Positions 1-8,457 of a stretch of 64,000 bases of DNA are shown here, piece after piece. The stretch's first letter is position 1. Each line of letters starts with the position of its first letter. Source of the DNA: a virus; the IMG/VR virus record IMGVR_UViG_3300045988_074170; one strand, given 5' to 3'. The position numbers and the translations under genes were made by a program. Under the pieces are notes generated by a model. The model was not told where the DNA came from and did no database searches. It saw nothing but the letters and a program-made list of their open reading frames with translations.

Positions 1-98
1 GTTCTTTTGCAAGAAGATTAGGGTCAGCAACGGCACTTACTGAAGCCGTGCCCCCCCCCCCCAGACTCGGGAGTGATAGTAAGAAAATCTTTCTTCAT
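1..98 (-). CDS. 5' end of an MKKDF-family gene (paralog of 4091..4755) that runs off the left edge; the frame is broken at a G12 run
   Basis: The ATG at 98..96 reads MKKDFLTITPESGGGG and then HGFSKCRC-stop at 26..24. The frame reached by dropping one G of the run at 51..62 reads GGGGTASVSAVADPNLLAKE and stays open to position 1. This aligns with GGTTQVSVVADPN at the 4091..4755 locus. Confidence 0.45.
51..62 (-). repeat. Homopolymer C12 on the plus strand (G12 in the sense strand) inside the 5' end of a coding region
   Basis: Counted directly: c at 51..62, flanked by g50 and a63. Confidence 0.95.
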
Positions 99-225
99 AA
101 TTTTACTTTTAATGATTGAAACGAAATTATTTATGCTATTGACGTCAATTATAGCCGATTTAGGAAGTTATAAGTATGCCCCGAACAAATTGTCCGGAGC
201 ACACCTTTGATTGCCGTGTAGAGCC

Positions 226-1491
226 TTATAAGATGACCGCAAGGCTTGATACCACGTCATCGAAGTAATCCATTTGTGTGATACTTGCTTTATCACCGAA
301 ATACTTCTTGAGTTTCTTTTCAACATACGCACCAGCCGGAATAGCCATAATGGGCGAAGTAATGCGTACAGGGTAACGAACGACACACGTATATTCTCGA
401 CCCTCTTCTTCATTGACCGTATAGGAAACAAGGAAGTGAGGAGTGGCGAGGTCGGCTGGCTTCATATTCTGGTCAAGAATGTGAGCCGTTGCGAGTTTCT
501 CACCGTTCAGGAAAGACAGGTACTCCCAATAGAGAGGCTCAATCTCACAATTCCCTTTGATGAACTTCTGAGCCAACTCCATAAGATATTTCACGGCATC
601 TTTGTTGCTTAGTCCTACCGGAATGATGAATTCGTTGATGTACAAGAACGGTTCTTCACGCTTGTCATTTCTGTCGAGCGGATATACTGCACAGGCTATA
701 CGAGCCAGACCAAGTTCCTTCGGGTCAGTATCGTCTTTCACGACACGATATCCCGGAATAGGACAGTCAATGAATTCACGGGTGTCCTCAGGATTGTCCG
801 GACTGTCAAGTTCACCGACTGCGCTCAATACCTGTTCACCACGAACCAGAGCCGGAACCCAAGCGGTGCGGTCTTCGTTCTCATCGCTGATGCGAGCCCA
901 AATCATTTTCTCCTCAGGAAGTTTTTCCTCGGAGTCAGGCTGAAACAGGTTTCCTTCCGGAGTCTTGACGTACTGTTCAATCTCCTTGTCGGTCATTCCC
1001 TGCGGGTTGAGTTCGTGAACCAATGTAACTCCTAACAGTTCCCAGCCCATACCGTCTGGCTCTGCGTTCATGGCTTTCTTGAAGTCCTGAATCAGATTGT
1101 CTGTGAGCAATGCGGGTGCGGGTAACAAGTAGGATTTTCGAATGATACGTGTGCCGCACTGACCTACCTTTCCAAACTTGCCTTCGTAGATGTAAATCTT
1201 CTTTTCCTCAAGAGACTGAGGCTGATACGGCTTTACGCCTGACAATTTCTTCGAACGACATGCCTGACATTCATCATCGCAAACGGTTGAGGTGAAACAA
1301 TAGTTCGGATACTGTTTAGATGTTGAAACAGCGTGAAGAGGTGTGCCTCCTACATGACCAATCTTAAGATACGACAAACAAAGGTCATACATCAAGTCGG
1401 CATTGGTTTCTTCTGTAACGTTTACAGGCATTTGAAACTCCTGCGGTTTGCCGTCTGGGTCGGCATAGATAAAGTTATAAACTACTTTCAT
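226..1491 (-). CDS. hypothetical protein (421 aa)
   Basis: Long ORF co-oriented with its neighbours. It contains a Cys cluster (CFTSTVCDDECQAC). I recognise no family. Confidence 0.7.
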   Translation of the reverse strand: MKVVYNFIYADPDGKPQEFQMPVNVTEETNADLMYDLCLSYLKIGHVGGTPLHAVSTSKQYPNYCFTSTVCDDECQACRSKKLSGVKPYQPQSLEEKKIYIYEGKFGKVGQCGTRIIRKSYLLPAPALLTDNLIQDFKKAMNAEPDGMGWELLGVTLVHELNPQGMTDKEIEQYVKTPEGNLFQPDSEEKLPEEKMIWARISDENEDRTAWVPALVRGEQVLSAVGELDSPDNPEDTREFIDCPIPGYRVVKDDTDPKELGLARIACAVYPLDRNDKREEPFLYINEFIIPVGLSNKDAVKYLMELAQKFIKGNCEIEPLYWEYLSFLNGEKLATAHILDQNMKPADLATPHFLVSYTVNEEEGREYTCVVRYPVRITSPIMAIPAGAYVEKKLKKYFGDKASITQMDYFDDVVSSLAVIL

Positions 1492-1516
1492 AATCGGAAA
1501 TGAATTTAGATTGTTG

Positions 1517-1921
1517 TTAAATTTGGATTGAATAAACCGGAGTATCGAACATCGATATCTTTCCGGGAACGAGTTTCTTCTGTTTCATGTCAGGAACTTG
1601 AAACATGACAGGAGTTGCATGATGTTCCGGTACGTGCTTGAACCGTTCGAAATACAACTCAATAGCATTGAGAGTTGTGATGGCTGAGACCTGTGCCATT
1701 TCAGCCTCCTCTTTTGAACCATACAGGGACGAGAACAGCCTTTCACCTGTAACTAATAAGATAGAGAAGCGAAACTTCCCCTTGGGAGCTGTTAGAGCGT
1801 GAACCTCGCTGACTTCTTTGATGTTCTCAACTCGGTAGGCTTTCTGAACCTCTACGAGTTCTTCACGTTTGGCGGCAGCTTCCTCTTGTGGTGTGACCCA
1901 TGATTTAATGAATATGAACAT
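1517..1921 (-). CDS. hypothetical protein (134 aa)
   Basis: ORF tightly packed in the minus-strand gene array. Confidence 0.6.
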   Translation of the reverse strand: MFIFIKSWVTPQEEAAAKREELVEVQKAYRVENIKEVSEVHALTAPKGKFRFSILLVTGERLFSSLYGSKEEAEMAQVSAITTLNAIELYFERFKHVPEHHATPVMFQVPDMKQKKLVPGKISMFDTPVYSIQI

Positions 1922-1953
1922 AACTTTCGATTTTAAATTACAATGAAATAACG

Positions 1954-2310
1954 CTATTCGACTGGACTGTCACCAGTAATCTCGTAAATCTTTCCATCTA
2001 CCTGTTTGTAGGGAGTGAGGTCATCTGTTACCTGTATAAGTTCACATGGCTTATCGTTGAAGTAAACGGCTTTCGTAGACCAATCTTCCAAGTTTCTGAT
2101 GTAGATATAAGCCACGATATCTTTACTGATATACCACTGAATCTTGCATACAAAATCTTTGTAATGGTTGAAGAAATTATACCACGTTACAATGTTCCAG
2201 AACAGTTCTTCTTCCCCAGCATCCTTAAAAGACACATACTGAGCAGGGAAGATGAGGTGGCTGTACCACCACCTCATGAACCAACCTAATTTATTCTTCC
2301 TCTTTTGCAT
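1954..2310 (-). CDS. hypothetical protein (118 aa)
   Basis: ORF overlaps the upstream gene by 20 nt, as expected for operon packing. Confidence 0.55.
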   Translation of the reverse strand: MQKRKNKLGWFMRWWYSHLIFPAQYVSFKDAGEEELFWNIVTWYNFFNHYKDFVCKIQWYISKDIVAYIYIRNLEDWSTKAVYFNDKPCELIQVTDDLTPYKQVDGKIYEITGDSPVE

Positions 2311-2923
2311 TCTTGAGAGCCTCCTTTAAGTCAGGTTTCAATGTCGCACGAATATTCTCGATAGTGTCACACAGGTTCGACGCAGGTTTCTTAGCATCGT
2401 CGTTCTTTTCATCCCAATCAGAAGTAATGATATCCATATAGATAAGATACGCTTCGGGGAACTCTTCCTGAAGTCTGGTGGGAGTGAACCGTGTCATCTT
2501 CATGAGACACTTCAGACGCTTCTCCATGTGATAGCGGTCTCTCTCAACAATGAGATATTCCTTTACCAAAGAAGCGATACTGTCATTATCCTTGAGTTTA
2601 CCGATGTATGATTTAACATTTTCGTATTCATAAGGTATATCACAGGAAAATTTCAGGCGAATGTAGATAGTACGGCTTCCCCAATCTTCCGGGAACCATC
2701 CCTTCGGCAAGTTATAGGAGGAGAGCGTCGCTTCGTTACAGCGAAGGAAGAACTCCTCATGTGCTTTGAAACAAGCCAGAACGTCCTCAGGCGTCTTTTC
2801 GATAAACCGTTTCTCGATAGCTTCATTGAGCTTTTCCCGGAGAGCGTCGAGCTTCTCTTTGTAGTTCAAATTTGCCAGCCGTGTGGCAATCGTCAATCTG
2901 GTGTCTTCTACAATTACTGCCAT
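2291..2923 (-). CDS. hypothetical protein (210 aa)
   Basis: ORF in the minus-strand array. No recognisable motif. Confidence 0.6.
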   Translation of the reverse strand: MAVIVEDTRLTIATRLANLNYKEKLDALREKLNEAIEKRFIEKTPEDVLACFKAHEEFFLRCNEATLSSYNLPKGWFPEDWGSRTIYIRLKFSCDIPYEYENVKSYIGKLKDNDSIASLVKEYLIVERDRYHMEKRLKCLMKMTRFTPTRLQEEFPEAYLIYMDIITSDWDEKNDDAKKPASNLCDTIENIRATLKPDLKEALKNAKEEE

Positions 2924-2929
2924 GTCGTT

Positions 2930-3688
2930 CTACTTTTTAGGGTTCATATTCAAAATTTTTGCTTTCGGTTGAGGAGCCTGTTCTGGCTCGTGAGGGACTT
3001 CCCACAGCATAGGCACGTATGTGAACTGCTCCTGTGGTTCAGGGTTCGCTTCCATAAGGAATACCACTTTGTCGGTTGCTTCGCTCTCTGTAAGGTTCTG
3101 TAAGGGATTATCGTCCTTATCCTTTACAACTTCACCATCCGACAGGCGAATGACCTTAAATAGAGGCTCAGGGAGTTCCATGTTGGTGAACTCTGTGACG
3201 TCGAGATAATCACACCCGAAGTTCTCAGCCGTCTTGAGGTCGCTGTCGCTGAACTGTCCTTCCAGACCAGAGGCATCCCCTATCATTAGACAGTCTTCTT
3301 TGGAGATTGTGATACCTGTATTGTGAGTGAACTCAGCCAGCATGTCCTCAAGCATTCCCGGATTGGGTTTACGTTTCGGATGCTTCTTGTCATTGTAGGG
3401 ACAGAACTGTCCGGCAACAAGCGTATTCAAACCGATGTACGATTGAAGGCACGCAATGACGTAGATGAATTTCGGTTGGAACATAGCGGGATGAACGCGT
3501 CCCAGTTCAATTCCACCCTGATTAGATACGATGAGAACAGCCTGTGGATGAAGTTTCTTGAGTTGCGCAAAAACCTCCATTTTCAGTTTCATGTCCCAGA
3601 CTCCTTCCGGGAACGTTTTGCCGGATTCGGTATCGATGAGCGTACCGTCCATGTCGATGAAGATGACTTTCTTCTTTGTAATGTCCAT
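2930..3688 (-). CDS. HAD-IIIA polynucleotide 3'-phosphatase-like protein (PNKP phosphatase domain) with a C-terminal extension
   Basis: Motifs FIDMDGTLIDT (DxDxT), VSNQGGI, KPNPGML and IGDASGLEGQFSDSDLKTAENFG match the DNA/RNA 3'-phosphatase branch of the HAD family. Confidence 0.7.
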   Translation of the reverse strand: MDITKKKVIFIDMDGTLIDTESGKTFPEGVWDMKLKMEVFAQLKKLHPQAVLIVSNQGGIELGRVHPAMFQPKFIYVIACLQSYIGLNTLVAGQFCPYNDKKHPKRKPNPGMLEDMLAEFTHNTGITISKEDCLMIGDASGLEGQFSDSDLKTAENFGCDYLDVTEFTNMELPEPLFKVIRLSDGEVVKDKDDNPLQNLTESEATDKVVFLMEANPEPQEQFTYVPMLWEVPHEPEQAPQPKAKILNMNPKK

Positions 3689-3740
3689 AATCTTTTGTTT
3701 AAAATGTTTGATAATTATACGTGGAATCCGAGGAGTTCGA

Positions 3741-3983
3741 TTAGAACTCCACGAATATTAATCTTTCTTTTCTTCCTGGCTCTGTCACCCACATATGGGT
3801 TGAACCGAAGCCGTAAACGAAACAGGAATTGAAGGAAACAGGGAAACGCTCCTGTATGAGTTTCATACACGCACGGAGTTCGTTTTCGTTTTCACAAGAT
3901 GTGATAGCGTTTAGGATTTCAGCGAAGATTTCAACTGAACGGCTACTCGTGTTTAATAATACTGATTCGACTGTTGCTTTCAT
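3741..3983 (-). CDS. hypothetical protein (80 aa)
   Basis: ORF lies directly downstream of promoter module 4013..4043. Confidence 0.55.
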   Translation of the reverse strand: MKATVESVLLNTSSRSVEIFAEILNAITSCENENELRACMKLIQERFPVSFNSCFVYGFGSTHMWVTEPGRKERLIFVEF

Positions 3984-4012
3984 GACTTTATTGTTTTAAT
4001 TGATTGACGCAA

Positions 4013-4043
4013 CAAAGGTAGTGGGTAAATTCGAATATCCAAA
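4013..4043 (-). promoter_or_regulatory. Bacteroidota-type promoter (TTTG-N19-TACCTTTG)
   Basis: In the sense strand, TTTG is at 4043..4040, followed by a 19-nt spacer and TACCTTTG at 4020..4013. The ATG at 3983 lies downstream. Confidence 0.7.
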
Positions 4044-4068
4044 GAAAATCCCCGAATTTCTTCGGGGA
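4041..4068 (-). terminator. intrinsic terminator hairpin plus T-tract, fused to the next promoter
   Basis: The stem tccccgaa/ttcgggga spans 4049..4068 with a 4-nt loop. The sense strand continues TTTTCTTTG. Confidence 0.6.
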
Positions 4069-4090
4069 AGTTCCAAGAATTTTTATTTGG

Positions 4091-4755
4091 CTATGTAAAA
4101 TCGAACTCTGCAACGCATACATACTCACCTTGGTTCTGTGGGTTTCCAAGATAGAATCTGACGTATTGAAGTACGTGATATTCAGGAGAAAACTTATTTT
4201 TATCAGCCATTCTCAAATAATGAGCCGTAAAGCCTGAGATTCCAACGTTTTCGGGGTTACTCTGGACAATGTCAGAATAAAATTTGGTTTCGGCTCCAGG
4301 TTTACTCTTGTAGATAGTTTCCATAAAAACACCATTGTTCCACGGCTCTGGCCATACGTCTTCAAAAGAATCAGCCAGTAGAAGAGCACCCCTTGTCACC
4401 CAATAAGTGTCTGAGGTTTCGGATACGGATGGGAGTTTTGCGTTCATTTTTACAGAAAGATAACTGACCCCACGTTCGTAGCCATTGTCATTCCGGACTG
4501 AAGTCGTTGAAAACCCTGTTGCATTGAACGAAAGTGTTACAGTTCCATTTCAATTGTCACTAAGTGAAGTGAGCCCCACGACAGGCATAAGCGGTATGCT
4601 ATCTTGATTAACGGTTATCGCTCGTGATACCCCCTCCCCAGCGGAGAAGTTCAGTGTCGTTGAGCGAGACTGAAATGCTGAATTGGGGTCAGCAACCACG
4701 CTCACTTGGGTCGTCCCCCATTATCAGGGGAAACAGTAATGAAATCCTTTTTCAT
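4091..4755 (-). pseudogene. MKKDF-family gene, interrupted by a frame change at a G5 run and an in-frame TGA; either a pseudogene or a recoded gene
   Basis: The ATG at 4755 reads MKKDFITVSPDNGGRPK-stop. The frame one base back, from the G run at 4715..4719, reads GTTQVSVVADPNSAFQSRSTTLNFSAGEGVSRAITVNQDS...SLSDN. It then meets TGA at 4552..4550 and continues in the same frame, without further stops, through NGTVTLSFNATG... into the ORF-track ORF 4091..4447. Confidence 0.55.
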
Positions 4756-4842
4756 TGTCTTGAATTTTAAATTGTTACTAAATACCTCAACGGCTGCGCA
4801 ACCGCTGATGTTTATTCACTGTCACGTGACTGATATAATACG

Positions 4843-5142
4843 TTATTTCTTCCGTCGATGAGTTTTTCGAGCCTTGTTTTTCTTCCTGTCCTTGCGGATT
4901 TGCTTTTCGCTCCTACCACTTTTCGAGCTTCCCTTTCCGAACCGTACAGGCTCGCACCATTCGATGTTGGGAATCTCAGGTCGTGACTGAATAGTGTACA
5001 CCCTATCTTCGAATTGAGGAGTATCAATAGGAGAGTAATCCTTGTCGAGTTCCACAATTTTAACATTCGCTTCCTTAGCCATTCTGAGAACCTCCGTAGG
5101 AAGTGCTCCTGTTCCGGCTCCGATGATACCTATCTTATTCAT
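4843..5142 (-). CDS. hypothetical protein with a basic C-terminal tail (99 aa)
   Basis: ORF with the tail KQIRKDRKKNKARKTHRRKK. It overlaps the upstream gene by 8 nt. Confidence 0.5.
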   Translation of the reverse strand: MNKIGIIGAGTGALPTEVLRMAKEANVKIVELDKDYSPIDTPQFEDRVYTIQSRPEIPNIEWCEPVRFGKGSSKSGRSEKQIRKDRKKNKARKTHRRKK

Positions 5143-5629
5143 TCTCTATACTTATTACAACTCCATTCAGCATATCACTTACCACTAAATTCCCTCCCGT
5201 AATTTTGTCTGAGAGTTTATTACGTGACAGCGTCAAACCTCTCTCAAATGCGAGCGAGCGGATACGTTCACACATCTTTCGGGGGATTGTATTATCCTTG
5301 GAGTTGGTTATCGTTATAAGAACCCAAAAGAAGTCTCCGTGGTCGGTCGCTGAAATTGAATATTCAGTTTCGTCATTGAGGACGGTTCGTGAGTATTGAT
5401 ATTCCTTTCCGCTGTATTCAGAAGTAGCAACACGAGTTTCAAGACCTTCCTTCTGAGCAAGTTCCTTGATTGATACTTCCAAATCCTTTGGATGAAGAGC
5501 GTTCAATCTGTTCTGATACTCGGTGATAGAACTCACCGACAGTTCTATGAGTGTGTCATGACTGACACGTGTGCCGCACCCTGTAAGTAGGAGTGCAAAC
5601 ACGGCTGTAATAATCATCAATCTTTTCAT
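5135..5629 (-). CDS. putative lipoprotein
   Basis: The N-terminus MKRLMIITAVFALLLTGCGT has a signal peptide and a lipobox Cys. Confidence 0.6.
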   Translation of the reverse strand: MKRLMIITAVFALLLTGCGTRVSHDTLIELSVSSITEYQNRLNALHPKDLEVSIKELAQKEGLETRVATSEYSGKEYQYSRTVLNDETEYSISATDHGDFFWVLITITNSKDNTIPRKMCERIRSLAFERGLTLSRNKLSDKITGGNLVVSDMLNGVVISIENE

Positions 5630-6003
5630 ATCTGATAAATTTCTTCGTTCAACATTTTTCTATCAAAGGGGTTGGCGTCAATCTTAACATTCTGCCTGTC
5701 AAACTGTCGTAGGAAAGCAGAAATCTCCCTAATGCTTCTTTGGTCGAGGTCAACGAATTTAATATAGTCCGTCTTTCCACCCTGTAAGGACACGACAGCC
5801 CATGAGCCTGAATGGTGATGAACATCGACCGAAACATCGATGTTCCCCAGAAGTTTTCTGATACGTTCAACACGAACCTCAGCCAAAGAGGTCGCACATT
5901 TCTGGCGATGAATTAACCCTTCCAAGTCCCTCTCCAACGCTTTCATCCTTTGAAAATCTTCCTTGAATAAGTATAGGAACAGTTTCCTCAATAGTTTCTT
6001 CAT
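5626..6003 (-). CDS. hypothetical protein (125 aa)
   Basis: ORF with ATGA-type 4-nt overlaps to both neighbours. Confidence 0.55.
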   Translation of the reverse strand: MKKLLRKLFLYLFKEDFQRMKALERDLEGLIHRQKCATSLAEVRVERIRKLLGNIDVSVDVHHHSGSWAVVSLQGGKTDYIKFVDLDQRSIREISAFLRQFDRQNVKIDANPFDRKMLNEEIYQI

Positions 6004-6761
6004 GATTCTTTCTTGGTTTTATTGTTTACACCGTACCCAAACAGGGCATAATCACATTTACAGGGGTCTAACGGATAGACATTACGGCAATTCGTAGTAA
6101 GTTCAAGCACTGTATTCATGCTATCACCTTTGCCCGTTATGAGACCCAATTGACGACCAACGGTTGCGACGTGAGTGTCAAGCGGAATGAGTAGGGACGA
6201 CTGGGGAATGAAACTCCAGATACCTAAATCCACAGGACTGTTTCGACGGCACATCCATCGTAGGAACATATTCAACCGCTTACAGGCAGACTTCGAATCC
6301 TGGGGGATACCTTTCACTCCAGGGAACAGGCTTATCAGTGCATCGAGATAATCTGTGGCTCCCATCGTACGAGTATAGTTCTTAGACAGAGCCTCTTCCA
6401 TATCTTCGTTGTTATCGTAAATCTCCTTGAGCGCACGACACAGGTCAGCGAAGTCCTTTTCCTTGAAGAAACGGTACAGAGGTTCCTCCGAGTCAATGTA
6501 CTTTCGCCAACCCATGTTCTTGATATACATATAGGGAGTCAGACGTTCCATTTCCTTACATAGTTTCTCACAGGTAGAGAGAATGGCTTTCCGATTCCCA
6601 TACGCTAACCAAGCAGCGATGAAGCCAACTATCTCCTGAGAACACTTGTATCCGAACCGTCTGGGGAACTGTACAGGGTCGTCAGTGATGAATTCAGGCT
6701 TCTCGTACTGCTCAGCCAGTTTCATGACTTGATGTCTTAATTTGTCGCTGATTGCTATCAT
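6000..6761 (-). CDS. TIGR02757/DUF2400-like protein with a helix-hairpin-helix-type motif
   Basis: FITDDPVQFPRRF lies near the N-terminus, and LIPLDTHVATVGRQLGLI resembles the HhH segment of EndoIII-type glycosylases. The family call is from memory. Confidence 0.5.
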   Translation of the reverse strand: MIAISDKLRHQVMKLAEQYEKPEFITDDPVQFPRRFGYKCSQEIVGFIAAWLAYGNRKAILSTCEKLCKEMERLTPYMYIKNMGWRKYIDSEEPLYRFFKEKDFADLCRALKEIYDNNEDMEEALSKNYTRTMGATDYLDALISLFPGVKGIPQDSKSACKRLNMFLRWMCRRNSPVDLGIWSFIPQSSLLIPLDTHVATVGRQLGLITGKGDSMNTVLELTTNCRNVYPLDPCKCDYALFGYGVNNKTKKES

Positions 6762-7207
6762 ACCTTGTTAGTTTCTTCGATTTTACACAGGAACGTGGCA
6801 CTCTTAAAGGTATCACCGTCCATAAAGTATTCAGCCATTTCATCAAGAACATCTTTATAGGAAGTTATCTTGAAGTCCGCTGCCTTCTGAGGAGTCATCT
6901 TTTCGAAGACCTTTGCCCAATCACGACGGAGAACCCACGTGTCGCTCTTCTCATTCTGTACTATCACACGAGTTTCTGACTCAGGAATTCTTCTGAACCC
7001 TATCAGCCAACCCTCGCGGAACGTGTACTGTCGTTTGTCAGTCCCGAATACCACATTGGCGTGAGCACCGTACTTCACCATCTTCTTAGTGTCAATAACA
7101 CCAAACCAACGATGAATAAAATCCACGTGAACAAAGGTATCCATCGGACCACTCTTGTACTTGATTTCAGGAGATACATACTCCAACTGCTTTACATTTC
7201 TATCCAT
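6758..7207 (-). CDS. hypothetical protein (149 aa)
   Basis: ORF with a 4-nt overlap to the downstream gene. Confidence 0.55.
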   Translation of the reverse strand: MDRNVKQLEYVSPEIKYKSGPMDTFVHVDFIHRWFGVIDTKKMVKYGAHANVVFGTDKRQYTFREGWLIGFRRIPESETRVIVQNEKSDTWVLRRDWAKVFEKMTPQKAADFKITSYKDVLDEMAEYFMDGDTFKSATFLCKIEETNKV

Positions 7208-7219
7208 AACTATCTATAT

Positions 7220-7633
7220 TTAATTGGTTTCATACTCAGCCAAAGCCTTGAGGCACTCTTCATGACCCTCGCGACAGGCAGCGTCCATGATATATTCCAT
7301 GTTTTCGTACTCCGGACATTCTCGAGTCGCTGCACCTGTTACATCAACGTAAAGTGTCCCGTCTTCATCGCATTCGACAATGAACCATCCGTTATTGTAC
7401 ATTACATAACCATCCTCGTAGATAGTTTGAATGAGTGTGCGTCCGTCTTTCATTGTAGAGGAAGCCAATTCATAGGGATTTGTGATTGTACCCTGTTCGG
7501 CTTGATTGATACGAGCCATAGCCACGAGGCAAACCTTTGCTAACTGTCGACGGTCTTTGATGTTATCAACATAGCGATGAGTCCCTACTGGCTTGCTGAA
7601 GTCTAAATTTTTGTAGTATCTTGAACCTTTCAT
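7220..7633 (-). CDS. hypothetical protein (137 aa)
   Basis: ORF downstream of promoter module 7660..7690. Confidence 0.55.
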   Translation of the reverse strand: MKGSRYYKNLDFSKPVGTHRYVDNIKDRRQLAKVCLVAMARINQAEQGTITNPYELASSTMKDGRTLIQTIYEDGYVMYNNGWFIVECDEDGTLYVDVTGAATRECPEYENMEYIMDAACREGHEECLKALAEYETN

Positions 7634-7659
7634 GACGTAACTTGTTTGATTTGACTGAG

Positions 7660-7690
7660 CAAATATACGTCCATTTATCGAATATCCAAG
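7660..7690 (-). promoter_or_regulatory. Bacteroidota-type promoter (CTTG-N19-TATATTTG)
   Basis: The -7 box TATATTTG is at 7667..7660. The -33 box is imperfect (CTTG at 7690..7687), with a 19-nt spacer. Confidence 0.55.
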
Positions 7691-7712
7691 GAGTTCATCC
7701 GGAAAATCTTCA

Positions 7713-7892
7713 TTATTTCTTCCGATTTTTCCTCAATTCGGCTCTGCGTTCTCTTCTACGAGCCTTTCCGTCCTGAATTTTTAGGGAAGATGAACCTGTT
7801 ATTCTGTATATCTCGGATTGAGTCTTACTGATTACGTGTTCACAGAATCCCGACAGGGTGACTGTGCTATCCTTATCCATTCTTGCGTTCAT
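7713..7892 (-). CDS. small basic protein (59 aa), below the ORF-track cutoff
   Basis: From the ATG at 7892 it reads MNARMDKDSTVTLSGFCEHVISKTQSEIYRITGSSSLKIQDGKARRRERRAELRKNRKK and stops at TAA 7715..7713. It fills an otherwise empty gap. Confidence 0.3.
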   Translation of the reverse strand: MNARMDKDSTVTLSGFCEHVISKTQSEIYRITGSSSLKIQDGKARRRERRAELRKNRKK

Positions 7893-7991
7893 ATTAGACG
7901 ATTTAAGCGATTATAACTATACGGGGAATAAAATGTACCAGCCAACAGGGGTAAATCTCGTAGAGCGACCACCAGTGGCTCCTATGAATAA

Positions 7992-8026
7992 GGAAAGAGG
8001 CAACCCGTTACAGGCAACCTCTTTCC
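7992..8026 (-). terminator. hairpin downstream of the HU gene
   Basis: 9-bp stem ggaaagagg/cctctttcc with a 17-nt loop. The following T-tract is weak. Confidence 0.35.
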
Positions 8027-8062
8027 AATCATGACTAAAACAAAAATCACATCCTCACGGAC

Positions 8063-8356
8063 TTATTTCTTTTTACCTTTCTTCGGTTCAACAACCACTT
8101 TCACGGTCTTAGAAGCCTTGAAAGCAAGTGTGTGAGACTCGGGAACGTTCATAGGTTTCTGAGTCAACGGGTTCGTGCCTGTTTTAGCAGGGTTGACTTT
8201 CTGTTTGAACTTTCCGAAAGGTAGGCTGATTTCGTCACCGTCCTCAACACAGGTCTTGACAATCACCGGATTCAGTGCGTCGATTACTTTCTCGGTGTCT
8301 CTCTGGCTCATACCAGCCTCTTTGGCAACTGCTGCCACGAATTCTGACTTTCTCAT
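8063..8356 (-). CDS. HU/IHF-family DNA-binding protein with a Lys-rich tail
   Basis: MRKSEFVAAVAKEAGMSQRDTEKVIDAL...FGKFKQKVNPAKTGTNPLTQKPMNVPESHTLAFKASK is a typical HU fold sequence. The tail is EPKKGKKK. Confidence 0.85.
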   Translation of the reverse strand: MRKSEFVAAVAKEAGMSQRDTEKVIDALNPVIVKTCVEDGDEISLPFGKFKQKVNPAKTGTNPLTQKPMNVPESHTLAFKASKTVKVVVEPKKGKKK

Positions 8357-8363
8357 TTCTTTT

Positions 8364-8396
8364 TAAATTTAGTGAATAATTGTTTCTATTTTCAAA
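8364..8396 (-). promoter_or_regulatory. candidate promoter for the HU gene (TTTG-N21-TAAATTTA)
   Basis: In the sense strand, TTTG is at 8396..8393, followed by a 21-nt spacer and TAAATTTA at 8371..8364. The ATG is at 8356. Confidence 0.45.
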
Positions 8397-8457
8397 CGTG
8401 TTATAATAACGTCGTTTTTCGGTTGATAGTTTTTATCATTCCCTTTGGACTCCCGGA

